Shown here one piece after another: positions 18,671 to 27,701 of a stretch of 64,000 nt of DNA. The stretch comes from Bellilinea sp. GTDB lineage: Bacteria; Chloroflexota; Anaerolineae; Anaerolineales; Anaerolineaceae. Made by a program: the position numbers and the translations under genes. The stretch's first letter is position 1; every line of letters begins with the position of its first letter. The stretch spans positions 147,091 through 211,090 of the forward strand of contig JBAZZG010000004.1 of the NCBI GenBank assembly GCA_041658905.1, written 5' to 3'. The notes under the pieces are model-generated. The model was not told the DNA's origin, made no database searches, and saw only the letters and a list, made by a program, of their open reading frames with translations.

Positions 18671-19522
18671 ATGGCTCCCATTTTATCCTTTAGTTACCTG
18701 AATGGCGATTATAGTTCCAGTTTCGTTTCAAATCCATTGGAATCAGATATCATTACGCTCGACCAAGCGAGCAATCTACTGCCTGCGGGGGCTTATACCA
18801 CGTTCAGAACCTACCAAAAATATTTTGCGCTGCATCTGAATGACCATTTAAGGCGGCTCGAGACGTCAAGCAAACTTGGTGGTCATCCGATCAGGTTGGA
18901 TGCTGACCAGTTGCGGCGTAACTTGCGAGTGGCACTGACGCAATATCCCGGTTCTGAAGCCCGTGTGCGATTAACCATCCCCTTCGGTTTGGATTATGAA
19001 ACCATTTATGTCCATGTAGGTGCATTATTTGTTCCAACCGCAGCCCAGCGCGCCAATGGCGTCAAAACGATCACCGCCCAAATGCAGCGCAATAACCCAT
19101 CCGCGAAGCTGTCCAATTTTATTCAATCCTCCCAGGAGGCGCGGCAGCGTTTGCAGGAAGGTTTTGAAGAAATATTGATGGTCGATGAAAGTGGGAATAT
19201 TCTTGAGGGGCTGACAAGCAACTTTTACGCAGTCATGGACGGAGAAATATGGACTGCCGGGCAAGGGGTGCTTTCCGGTATTACTCGCCAAATTGTTCTG
19301 CTACTGGCGGAAGACGCCGGTTATCCAGTGCAAATGGACGCGCCAAAACTATCTAATCTAATCCGTTTCACCGAGACATTTATCACCAGTACCAGCCGGG
19401 CAGTTCTTCCAGTTACCGAGATCAATCATGAACCGGTCGGGGACGGTAAACCTGGTCCGATTACCCGAAAATTGATGCAAATATATGAGCAGAAGGTCTT
19501 GGCCGAGGTCGAGCCGATTTAA
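18671..19522 (+). CDS. Class IV (fold type IV) aminotransferase / aminodeoxychorismate lyase-like
   Basis: I chose the start at ATG 18671 (MAPILSF…); the ORF-track start overlaps the divergent peptidase gene. Family block ILMVDESGNILEGLTSNFYAV…GITR. Confidence 0.7.
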   Translation: MAPILSFSYLNGDYSSSFVSNPLESDIITLDQASNLLPAGAYTTFRTYQKYFALHLNDHLRRLETSSKLGGHPIRLDADQLRRNLRVALTQYPGSEARVRLTIPFGLDYETIYVHVGALFVPTAAQRANGVKTITAQMQRNNPSAKLSNFIQSSQEARQRLQEGFEEILMVDESGNILEGLTSNFYAVMDGEIWTAGQGVLSGITRQIVLLLAEDAGYPVQMDAPKLSNLIRFTETFITSTSRAVLPVTEINHEPVGDGKPGPITRKLMQIYEQKVLAEVEPI

Positions 19523-19819
19523 CTATTCCAGCTCGCTGTCATCATCTTCTGGTGCAGCCGGGGGATAAGAATCCGGCGAAGGGTTCTCCAGTTGTCCATC
19601 TTCCAAAGCAGTCAGCAGTTCGTTGGCAGCCTGTACTTCGGATGCCAGCACAAGTACGCGCACCTCGCCGAGCGGCCCTACCGTCAGGCCGTAAACCGCG
19701 CCAGCGCTTTCACCTCGGGTAAGCACATGCAGACCAACCGCCTCCAACATCAAGCGAATCATATCGGCCTCCAATTGGCCGTTCGCGCTATAGACTTCGA
19801 TGTATTCAGGACTGGTCAT
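19523..19819 (-). CDS. DUF2007-like small protein (putative signal-transducing protein fold) with acidic tail
   Basis: A strong GGAGGA RBS lies 5 nt upstream of the ATG at 19819. The start overlaps the mrfB-like stop by 14 nt. The pattern …VYSANGQLEADMIRLMLEAVGL… is typical of DUF2007. Confidence 0.55.
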   Translation of the reverse strand: MTSPEYIEVYSANGQLEADMIRLMLEAVGLHVLTRGESAGAVYGLTVGPLGEVRVLVLASEVQAANELLTALEDGQLENPSPDSYPPAAPEDDDSELE

Positions 19820-21089
19820 GAGTTTCCTCCTCGGTTTCCACTGGCTCAGTGTTCGATCCCCGGCTATTCATTTTGCGCTGCAACCGCCCCTGTCTTTTTT
19901 GCAGTTCCGACAATGTGATTTTTTTGATATAGAGGGGTAGAACCTGGGTATCCAGGATATCGAAAGCTTTCTGTGTCCAGTATAAGGCGGTTTCGTACTC
20001 CCGGGCACGGTGCTCATAGTATTTGGCCAGTTCGACACAGGCGGGCAATTCTTGCAGGTCGGCAGCTTTTTGCCAGAGAGCTACTGCCTGCTCGAAATGG
20101 TATTCCTTGCGCGCCAGGTCAGCGTAGCGGTAAAGCGTCTGAATAAAAAAAGGACGTGGCAGACCGAGTAAAAGGCTGTGCTCGTATAACTGAACAGCCT
20201 GCTCACGACGTCCGGTGTCATTGTATAGCCTGGCAATCGCAATTAAATCAAGCCCTTCAGCAGCCAGCCAATCCATCGGGTTGCTCAACAGGTTGGATTG
20301 GTGTAAGAAAAGAGCTGCCAGCGACAGAATATCCATGCGGTTATGGTAAAACACGCCAGCCATGGGGCGGGAGTCGCCGCTTTTGAGGTAATTGAAATAC
20401 ATCTCCGGTATCATCCAGCCAGGAATCTCCTCCTGGCTGCGGGAAACGGCCAAAACGTCATGCTCGATGCTACCCAGGGAGCGGCTAGGCAGCCGGTTGC
20501 GCCAGATTCGTCGTGAAAGCGCTAGCAAATCAACATGTTGCATACTCGGAAAAGGCGATTGGAATGCGCTCAATGTGTGACGGGCATTGAGCAACGGAAT
20601 ATCAAATGATTTTCCGTTGTAGGTAACGATGGTTTGGAAGGGTGTCAATACTTCGTCCAGCGCTGCCAAAACCGCAGCCTCTTCGGATGGTTCGCGCAGG
20701 AAGAATTGTTGCAGCCGAAACCCGCCCGACTGCCACCAACCCAGGCCGATCATGAAGGCAAAAGTGCCGGTCCCACCGGCAAGACCCGAAGTTTCGGTAT
20801 CCAGAAAAATAAATTGATCGGCAGGTTTTTCATGCAGGGTAGGATAACCTGCCCATTCTCCCAGCAAGCTGTAATCGACCTTCTGGCTGAAGGGGATTAA
20901 CCCATGTTGGTAATCTGCCGGGAATTGTTTGTCCGCCAGGAATGCCGACCCGAACGGTGTGGTGTGTTCGGCGCCCGGAACAACCTCTTCGATGGGAACG
21001 CGGTCGGATGGCTTCTCAGACTTTTTTACCTGAGAGGTGCCGACTTGTACACCAAGGGATTTCAAACGATCGAGCAGTGATTGGTCCAT
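19806..21089 (-). CDS. mrfB: YprB/MrfB-like RNase H-fold (DEDD) exonuclease with C-terminal TPR region
   Basis: Exo I motif FIFLDTETSGL, followed by TPR-like helical repeats at the C-terminus. It lies immediately downstream of the YprA/MrfA-like helicase, as in B. subtilis mrfAB. Confidence 0.7.
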   Translation of the reverse strand: MDQSLLDRLKSLGVQVGTSQVKKSEKPSDRVPIEEVVPGAEHTTPFGSAFLADKQFPADYQHGLIPFSQKVDYSLLGEWAGYPTLHEKPADQFIFLDTETSGLAGGTGTFAFMIGLGWWQSGGFRLQQFFLREPSEEAAVLAALDEVLTPFQTIVTYNGKSFDIPLLNARHTLSAFQSPFPSMQHVDLLALSRRIWRNRLPSRSLGSIEHDVLAVSRSQEEIPGWMIPEMYFNYLKSGDSRPMAGVFYHNRMDILSLAALFLHQSNLLSNPMDWLAAEGLDLIAIARLYNDTGRREQAVQLYEHSLLLGLPRPFFIQTLYRYADLARKEYHFEQAVALWQKAADLQELPACVELAKYYEHRAREYETALYWTQKAFDILDTQVLPLYIKKITLSELQKRQGRLQRKMNSRGSNTEPVETEEETHDQS

Positions 21090-21103
21090 ATCCTCACGGG
21101 AGA

Positions 21104-23632
21104 TTATACCGGAAGCGGCAGCCCATTCAACAAATGCAGGATCGCTAATGTTTCTTGTTTGCCGCCGGCAACGTTTTCACCTGATACCCCGACACACGAG
21201 GGACAGCCGTCCTGGCAGGTGCAATCGGATACCAATTCCAGCGCTGCTTTCATCAACTCCGAATGAATCCGGTAGATATTCTCGCTCAATCCGATACCGG
21301 CTGGGACGTTATCATAGAGAATGACCACCGGCAGGTCTTCTGTCAGGTTGGATTCGGGTAGAAAATGGGCGCCAAGGTCATTGGGATCGCACATAATGAA
21401 CAACGGCGCCAGGTGACCGAGCGCGTACGCCAACCCGGACATTCCGCTGCGCATGCGTACCAGCATTTCGGCCTGGCGGTGGCAGGTGGGACAAAGCGTA
21501 ACCAGATTATCGAGCAGGTTGGCGGTGATAAATGATGTAAACTGCCGGAAGGGGATTTTATGGTGAACGTGGTGCGCAATCCCGTTTTCTGGCCGTCCGC
21601 AGTTTTGACAGACATAGCCGTCCCGCTGACGAGCGAGTGCGCGTTGTTGATCCCAGTTGTTACCGTAATTATTCGGTGATCCGGTCCAAAGACTGACCTC
21701 ATCGAGCTGCTTTATCGCCTTGCGTGAAAGCGCCAGCCAATATCCAACTGTCCGCAGCGTGGTGGTTGGCATGGTCAATTCTTCAGCGCCAAGATTTTCA
21801 TTGGAATACCAGCGTGTCTTGCGGAAGCCGGTCACGCGGGTGGTTACTTCGACCTCGCCCAAGTGAATGACTCCTGCTGGAACCGGATCGCTGCGGAACA
21901 GGTCCACTTTTTCAATTTGCTCGTCAATCAGCGGTTCCGTGAAGTAATCGCTGTCAACCGTCTTCAAGATGGCCAGACCTTCTTCCAGGTCGAGGGACTC
22001 CACCTGGAAGGTGCGCGCCTGGTGTAGATAGATAGCGTGCGGATGTACCATCCAATGGGCGCTGGCAGTATCGACCATGCCGATGGTGGTCAATTGACCA
22101 TCTTCATCAGTGCGCAGCCGGACAACGCCCGGGGTAGTGGTGCGCAGGGATACATTTTGCGCCGGATACTGATCGGCGGTCCAGAAGTAACGCCCGCCTG
22201 ACAGATGCAGCTCGCCCATCTGTGATAGCGCATCTAGGTATTGACCCACAACCTCTGCCGGCAGCTTGCCGTAGCGTTCATTTGGATTAAACGGCAACTC
22301 AAAAGCAGCACAGCGCAGGTGCTGCAGCAGGATCAACGGGTTGTCCGGGTTGATCAACGCTCGTTCCGGTGACCGCTCCAGCAAGTACTCGGGGTGGTTG
22401 ACCAGAAACTGGTCGATCGGGTTTGGGGTAGCCACCAGCATACCCACGGCGGGCTCGAGTTTGCGCCCGGCCCGACCGGACTGCTGGCGAGTGGCTGCAA
22501 TCGTGCCAGGGTATCCCAGGATGACCACGGCGTCCATCGAGCCGATATCCACCCCTAGTTCGAGCGCGTTAGTGGATGCCACTGCCCGGGCAGCGCCGGT
22601 TTTCAATGCATTTTCGATCTGGCGGCGGTCTTCGGGCAGGTAACCACTGCGGTAGGCGTATAAATCGGCAGAAATCGCGGGATGATTGTCACGCAGATAC
22701 CGCAAGCTGACCTCTGCTGCTCGGCGGGTTTGCGCAAAGATCAGCGTCTGCACCTGGTAAGTTAACAGGTCGCCGGTGAGTCGCATACCCTCCGACATCG
22801 CGCTGCGCCGGATTCCAAGGTCAACATTGACCAGCGGCGGGTTGTAAATGATGAAATTCCGTTCACCGTGCGGAGCGCCGTCCACATCGATCACGGTGAC
22901 ATTTTCTTCCAACATTTGGCTGGCAAATTCCTGGGGATTGGAAATCGTCGCTGAAGTAAAAATAAACTGTGGGTGAGCCCCGTAAAATGCGCAAATGCGC
23001 TTGAGCCGACGCAGTACATTGGCGATGTGCGACCCAAACACGCCACGATAAGCGTGAATTTCATCGATTACCACGAAACGCAAGCTGTGCAGGTAGTCCA
23101 CCCAGAGGGTATGATGCGGCAGCACAGCCATGTGCAGCATGTCTGGATTGGAGAGAAGAATGCGGGCATTTTTACGAATGGTCGAGCGTTGATGGGATGG
23201 GGTATCCCCATCGTATATGGATATTTTTGATTTGATTTCAGGTGTCGCAAGCTGCGTCAATGCCCGCTGCTGGTCCTGTGCCAGTGCCTTGGTCGGGAAG
23301 AGCAGCAGAGCACTGACCTCATCTGGAAACTTTTCCACATTGTTGAGAATGGGCAGCTGGTAGCACAGCGATTTTCCACTGGCGGTGCCGGTAGAAATGA
23401 CCACATGTTTACCATCCCTGATTTCGCGGTAGGCCAGCGCCTGATGAGCGTACAACTGCTCGATGCCGCGCTGGCGCAGTTGGCTGGCAAGCTCCAGGGT
23501 TAAATCCGATGGGATTTGCGCCAGGCTGGCAGGGGCGGCGGGTTGCACCACCCATTGCGAAATGCTTTGCTGGATGGTGGGGTCGGTGCGCCAGATATTG
23601 AGAAGAGCCTGCAATCGGTTTGGCATATCCAT
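21104..23632 (-). CDS. mrfA: YprA/MrfA-like DEAD/DEAH-box helicase with C-terminal DUF1998 zinc domain
   Basis: Walker A TGTASGKS and a VIDEIH DExH box, with helicase C motifs (…QQSGRAGR). The C-terminal Cys clusters CQNCG…CPTCH and CTCQDGCPSC are typical of DUF1998. Confidence 0.8.
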   Translation of the reverse strand: MDMPNRLQALLNIWRTDPTIQQSISQWVVQPAAPASLAQIPSDLTLELASQLRQRGIEQLYAHQALAYREIRDGKHVVISTGTASGKSLCYQLPILNNVEKFPDEVSALLLFPTKALAQDQQRALTQLATPEIKSKISIYDGDTPSHQRSTIRKNARILLSNPDMLHMAVLPHHTLWVDYLHSLRFVVIDEIHAYRGVFGSHIANVLRRLKRICAFYGAHPQFIFTSATISNPQEFASQMLEENVTVIDVDGAPHGERNFIIYNPPLVNVDLGIRRSAMSEGMRLTGDLLTYQVQTLIFAQTRRAAEVSLRYLRDNHPAISADLYAYRSGYLPEDRRQIENALKTGAARAVASTNALELGVDIGSMDAVVILGYPGTIAATRQQSGRAGRKLEPAVGMLVATPNPIDQFLVNHPEYLLERSPERALINPDNPLILLQHLRCAAFELPFNPNERYGKLPAEVVGQYLDALSQMGELHLSGGRYFWTADQYPAQNVSLRTTTPGVVRLRTDEDGQLTTIGMVDTASAHWMVHPHAIYLHQARTFQVESLDLEEGLAILKTVDSDYFTEPLIDEQIEKVDLFRSDPVPAGVIHLGEVEVTTRVTGFRKTRWYSNENLGAEELTMPTTTLRTVGYWLALSRKAIKQLDEVSLWTGSPNNYGNNWDQQRALARQRDGYVCQNCGRPENGIAHHVHHKIPFRQFTSFITANLLDNLVTLCPTCHRQAEMLVRMRSGMSGLAYALGHLAPLFIMCDPNDLGAHFLPESNLTEDLPVVILYDNVPAGIGLSENIYRIHSELMKAALELVSDCTCQDGCPSCVGVSGENVAGGKQETLAILHLLNGLPLPV

Positions 23633-23771
23633 TACTTTTACCCCATCTTTTCAAGGCTTTCAAGGGAGGGGATGAATATAATAAATGGATCATCCATCTG
23701 CGGGGTGGGAAATAACGTAACGCCATACTTAGTGCCAGTCCGTCGCATCCTGATCTTATCGAGGAAAACTT

Positions 23772-25061
23772 ATGAAACCAGTTGGTCGATACCGTTGGTT
23801 CGTTCTGGGCATTTTCTTTATTTTTATGCTGCTGCATCAAGCCGATAAGCTGCTCATCGGCCCGTTGACCACGCCGATTATGGAGCAATTTCAAATCGAT
23901 GAAGCCAAAATGGGCCTGGTATTTTCGGGCGCCATTCTGGTAGGAGCCATTTTTTACCCATTGTGGGGGTATTTGTACGACCGATTCTCTCGGGCAAAAC
24001 TGCTGGCGCTGGCCTCCTTCATCTGGGGTGCAACCACATGGATTTCAGCCGTTGCCCGCACATTTCCCGTCTTTCTCGGGTCGCGGGCCTCGACCGGCAT
24101 CGACGATTCGTCATATCCAGGCATATACAGCCTGATTTCCGATTATTTCCCGCCCAAAGTTCGCGGGAAGGTATATGGAATCTTGCAAATTGCCCAACCA
24201 CTGGGTTATATGGCGGGCATGCTTCTAGCGCTGATGCTGGTTGGTAAGATTGGCTGGCAGGGCATCTTTTTCATCACAGGTTCGCTGGGAATTTTCCTGG
24301 CCGTGGTCATTTTCTTCTTTATTAAGGATGCGCCACGCGGAAAAGCTGAACCAGAGATGGAGAACATCGAGCAGATCACCACCTACAAATTCTCCTGGAA
24401 AACTGCGCGGGAACTGTTCAAAAAGAAGAGCCTGTTGTTTTTATTCACCCAGGGCTTTGTGGGCGTTTTCCCCTGGCAGGTAATTACATTCTGGTTCTTC
24501 CGCTATCTGGAGACTGAGCGCAACTTTTCGGACAGCCAGGTGATGATCACCATGGTAATCTCGATCCTTTTCCTGGCGGCAGGCTACCCGATTGGCGGAG
24601 TGCTGGGCGATACCTTCTTCAAAAAGAACCCGCGCGGTCGTTTGCTGGTAAGCGCGGGTGGGATTCTGGTGGGTGCGATCATGCTCGGCATATCTCTGTC
24701 GATTCCCAATGAAAGCACCACTCTTTTCACGATTTCGATGGCCATCACCGCGATCTTTATCCCGTTTGCATCGCCGAACGTACTATCGACAATCTATGAC
24801 GTGACGTTGCCTGAAGTGCGCTCCACCTCCAATTCCATTCAGTATCTGATCGAACAGGGTGGGTCTGCCGTGGCGCCGGCTTTGGCGGGAGCGATTGCAG
24901 TGCAGTACAGCCTGCATAGCGCCATTCTGTATATTTCAGTTGGCGCGTGGATTCTCTGCTTTCTCTTCATCCTGGGAGCAGCCTATTTCCTGCCAGGTGA
25001 TATCAAAACGCTGCGCGATCAAATGAGCGAACGGGCAGCGCTGGAAACGAGCAACATATGA
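23772..25061 (+). CDS. MFS transporter
   Basis: About 12 predicted TM helices in 429 aa. The loop between TM2 and TM3 (YDRFSRAKLL) is MFS-typical. GAGGAAA RBS is present. Confidence 0.8.
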   Translation: MKPVGRYRWFVLGIFFIFMLLHQADKLLIGPLTTPIMEQFQIDEAKMGLVFSGAILVGAIFYPLWGYLYDRFSRAKLLALASFIWGATTWISAVARTFPVFLGSRASTGIDDSSYPGIYSLISDYFPPKVRGKVYGILQIAQPLGYMAGMLLALMLVGKIGWQGIFFITGSLGIFLAVVIFFFIKDAPRGKAEPEMENIEQITTYKFSWKTARELFKKKSLLFLFTQGFVGVFPWQVITFWFFRYLETERNFSDSQVMITMVISILFLAAGYPIGGVLGDTFFKKNPRGRLLVSAGGILVGAIMLGISLSIPNESTTLFTISMAITAIFIPFASPNVLSTIYDVTLPEVRSTSNSIQYLIEQGGSAVAPALAGAIAVQYSLHSAILYISVGAWILCFLFILGAAYFLPGDIKTLRDQMSERAALETSNI

Positions 25062-25816
25062 TCGGACCGCGTACCATCCTGTTTTTCCTGGTGACTTTAT
25101 TTCTTGGCTGGCTGGCCGGGGTGCTGCTTAATTACCTGGCTGACGTTCTCCCGCAGACTCGCTCGTTTTCGGCTGCCAAATGCCACTCCTGTGGAACCAA
25201 CCGCTCATTCCTGGATTTATTCTGGATGCGCCGCTGCCACTCCTGCCAGGCAGGGCGTACTCGCCGTGCCTGGATTGTTCAAATCAGCGCGTTGAGCGCG
25301 GTTCCATTGTTGGGCATCTTGCCGCCGCCGGCGCTCGGGTTCTGGATTGCGCTTTTAGTTTTCCTGTACTTTGGCGTTGTTTTTATTATCGATGTCGAGC
25401 ACCGTGCCATCCTGCATGAGGTCAGCCTGGTTGGAGCGATCCTGGCAATTCCTTTCGGCTTATGGCTCAACGGCTGGTCGAAGACCCTTCTTGGATTCGC
25501 GGTTGGGTTTGGCGTCATGCTTGGCTTGTATTATTTCGGCATTCTGTTCAACCGCTGGATGTCGAAGGCACGCGGACAGGAAATTGACGAAGTTGCGCTG
25601 GGTTTTGGCGATGTCAACCTGAGCGGCATTCTTGGCATTGCCCTGGGTTGGCCGCGCATCATCGTTTGCCTGTTTTCAGCCATCGTACTGGGCGGCCTGT
25701 TGAGCGGGTTGTATATCCTGGTGATGATTTTGCGCAAAAAATACCAGGCATTCACAGCTATCCCCTACGCGCCGTTTCTCATCATCGCGGCTGTGGTGTT
25801 GTTGTACATGGCGTGA
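25058..25816 (+). CDS. A24-family prepilin peptidase-like membrane protein
   Basis: N-terminal four-Cys region (CHSCG…CHSC). Polytopic membrane body with conserved Asp contexts (FIIDVEH, GFGDVNL). Its start overlaps the MFS gene stop (ATGA). Confidence 0.7.
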   Translation: MIGPRTILFFLVTLFLGWLAGVLLNYLADVLPQTRSFSAAKCHSCGTNRSFLDLFWMRRCHSCQAGRTRRAWIVQISALSAVPLLGILPPPALGFWIALLVFLYFGVVFIIDVEHRAILHEVSLVGAILAIPFGLWLNGWSKTLLGFAVGFGVMLGLYYFGILFNRWMSKARGQEIDEVALGFGDVNLSGILGIALGWPRIIVCLFSAIVLGGLLSGLYILVMILRKKYQAFTAIPYAPFLIIAAVVLLYMA

Positions 25817-25832
25817 CTTGAGTTGGCATCAA

Positions 25833-25985
25833 GGTAGGTTGGGTTGAGGGGGTAAGAATGTTGATTTATAAGTTCATTGAATTGCCCCGAAACCCAACGC
25901 CTCGACCAAATCCGGTGCTGTTGGGTTTCGGGCTGCAAACGATGCGACAAGCAATGCACACCTGCCTTGCCCTCAACCCAACCTA
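25833..25985 (+). other. Nested inverted-repeat element (candidate structured RNA or MITE-like repeat)
   Basis: The outer inverted repeat is a perfect 17 bp (25833-25849 / 25969-25985). The inner one is 13 bp (25885-25897 / 25919-25931). All four arms share the core GTTGGGTT or AACCCAAC. Confidence 0.4.
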
Positions 25986-26005
25986 CAAATGCTGTGATGA
26001 TATAT

Positions 26006-26035
26006 CAAAAGAGCAGGCGCTTAAGCCTGCTCTTT
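26006..26035. terminator. Bidirectional intrinsic terminator between the MFS/peptidase operon and pckA
   Basis: AAAAGAGCAGGC (26006-26017), loop GCTTAA, GCCTGCTCTTTT (26024-26035). The A-tract and T-tract are symmetric. It lies between convergent genes. Confidence 0.7.
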
Positions 26036-26058
26036 TGCGTTCTAACAACTTTCGCCAG

Positions 26059-27666
26059 CTACGACCCGCGCGGTCCGTTGACTGCAGCCCCCATGGGCAC
26101 CTGATCGGCGAATTTCACGAAATTCTTTTCAAAGCGGGCAATCAGGTTTTTAGCCTGGACTTCGTAAGCTTTCTTGTCCGCCCAGGTCGATTGGGGATCG
26201 AGGACGTCTGACGGCACGCCTGGGCAGCTTTCCGGAATCCACAAGCCAAAAAATGGATCCTGATGGAAAGCGACATCGTTCAAACCATGATTTAACGCGG
26301 CATGGATTATGGCGCGCGTGTAGGGCAGCTTGAAGCGTGATCCGACCCCGTAAGGTCCGCCCGTCCAACCGGTGTTGACCAGCCAGACAGTCGAATTGTG
26401 ACGGGCAATTCTTTCACCCAACAGGTTAGCATACACCTGCGGGTACAGTGGCAGGAACGGCGAACCGAAGCAAGTAGAGAAGGTAGCTTCGGGCTCACTA
26501 CCCAGCCCGGTTTCGGTGCCGGCAAGCTTGGAGGTGTAGCCGGACAGGAAGTAATACATCGCCTGATCTGCCGTCAGGCGTGCCAGCGGAGGCAGGACGC
26601 CAAATGCATCGGCAGTCAGAAAGAAAACATTATCCGGGTGTCCTGCGTACCCGGCTTCCACATGATTGGGGACAAAATGCAGCGGGTAAGCGCCGCGGGT
26701 GTTTTCGGTGATGCGGTCGGAGTCAAAGTCCACCTGACGCGTGACCGGGTCATAATCTACGTTTTCAAGTACAGCGCCAAACCGGCGCGTGGCAGACCAG
26801 ATGATGGGTTCATAATTCGGGTTCAGGCGGATTGTTTTGGCATAACAGCCACCCTCAAAATTGAAGACTCCTTCGTCAGCCCAGCCGTGCTCATCGTCGC
26901 CGATCAGCTGACGTTCTGGGTCGGATGACAGGGTGGTTTTGCCGGTGCCACTCAGTCCAAAAAAGAGCGCTGTATCGCCACTTTTGCCAACGTTGGCAGA
27001 GCAGTGCATGGAAAGCACGCCTTTCAGCGGCAGCAGGTAGTTCATGATGGTGAAAATCGATTTCTTGATCTCGCCGGCATAACCGGTGCCGCACACCAGA
27101 ATGATTTGCTTTACCAGATCAACAACGACCGCCGTTTCGCTGTGGGTGCCGTCGATTTCAGGGGTTGCTTTGAAATCTTCGGCCTGAATGACGGTGTACT
27201 GCGGGACATGACCGGCTAATTGATCCTGCGGAAGGCGGATGAACAAGTTTTGTGCAAATAGGTTATGCCAGGCTTTTTCGGTGATCACCCGAATGGGTAA
27301 ACTGTAATTGGGGTGTGCCCCTACGCGCAAATCCTGCACAAAAACATCCCGACCCTGGTAGTAGGCCAGCATTTTCTGGTAGAGCTGGTCAAATTTTTCC
27401 GGCGAAATAGGGGTGTTAACCTTTCCCCAGCAAATGGGTTTGTCGCTTAGTTCCGGGTGCTGGACGACAAATTTATCGTTAGGCGACCGGCCAGTATGCT
27501 TGCCGGTGCTGGCGATCAAAGCGCCGTCAGCCGACAATTTGCCCTCGAATCGGCAGACCGCTTCTTCAACCAGGCATGCCGGTGAATAATTCCAGTATTC
27601 GTTCGATAAATTCTTGAGTCCGTGGTTTTCCAGCCCATATTTACTGGGCGTTCCATGGATTGGCAT
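26059..27666 (-). CDS. pckA: Phosphoenolpyruvate carboxykinase (ATP)
   Basis: Kinase-1a motif FFGLSGTGKTTLS. Family-wide collinearity across 535 aa. AGGAGGTG RBS is present. Confidence 0.95.
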   Translation of the reverse strand: MPIHGTPSKYGLENHGLKNLSNEYWNYSPACLVEEAVCRFEGKLSADGALIASTGKHTGRSPNDKFVVQHPELSDKPICWGKVNTPISPEKFDQLYQKMLAYYQGRDVFVQDLRVGAHPNYSLPIRVITEKAWHNLFAQNLFIRLPQDQLAGHVPQYTVIQAEDFKATPEIDGTHSETAVVVDLVKQIILVCGTGYAGEIKKSIFTIMNYLLPLKGVLSMHCSANVGKSGDTALFFGLSGTGKTTLSSDPERQLIGDDEHGWADEGVFNFEGGCYAKTIRLNPNYEPIIWSATRRFGAVLENVDYDPVTRQVDFDSDRITENTRGAYPLHFVPNHVEAGYAGHPDNVFFLTADAFGVLPPLARLTADQAMYYFLSGYTSKLAGTETGLGSEPEATFSTCFGSPFLPLYPQVYANLLGERIARHNSTVWLVNTGWTGGPYGVGSRFKLPYTRAIIHAALNHGLNDVAFHQDPFFGLWIPESCPGVPSDVLDPQSTWADKKAYEVQAKNLIARFEKNFVKFADQVPMGAAVNGPRGS

Positions 27667-27701
27667 ACTAACACCTCCTGAAATCGTTTTAGTTTAAGGG
27701 A

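Noticed and set aside
23686-23698. Palindrome ATGGAT-C-ATCCAT upstream of mrfA as a possible SOS (LexA) box
   Set aside because: It does not resemble known LexA consensus sequences (the CGAAC…GTTCG or AGAAC…GTTCT types). It is short enough to occur by chance.
25858-26211. 117-aa + strand ORF (and 25877-26104) crossing the inverted-repeat element and terminator
   Set aside because: It runs through a 17-bp/13-bp nested hairpin and a bidirectional terminator into the antisense of the pckA 3' end. It has no RBS and an implausible composition.
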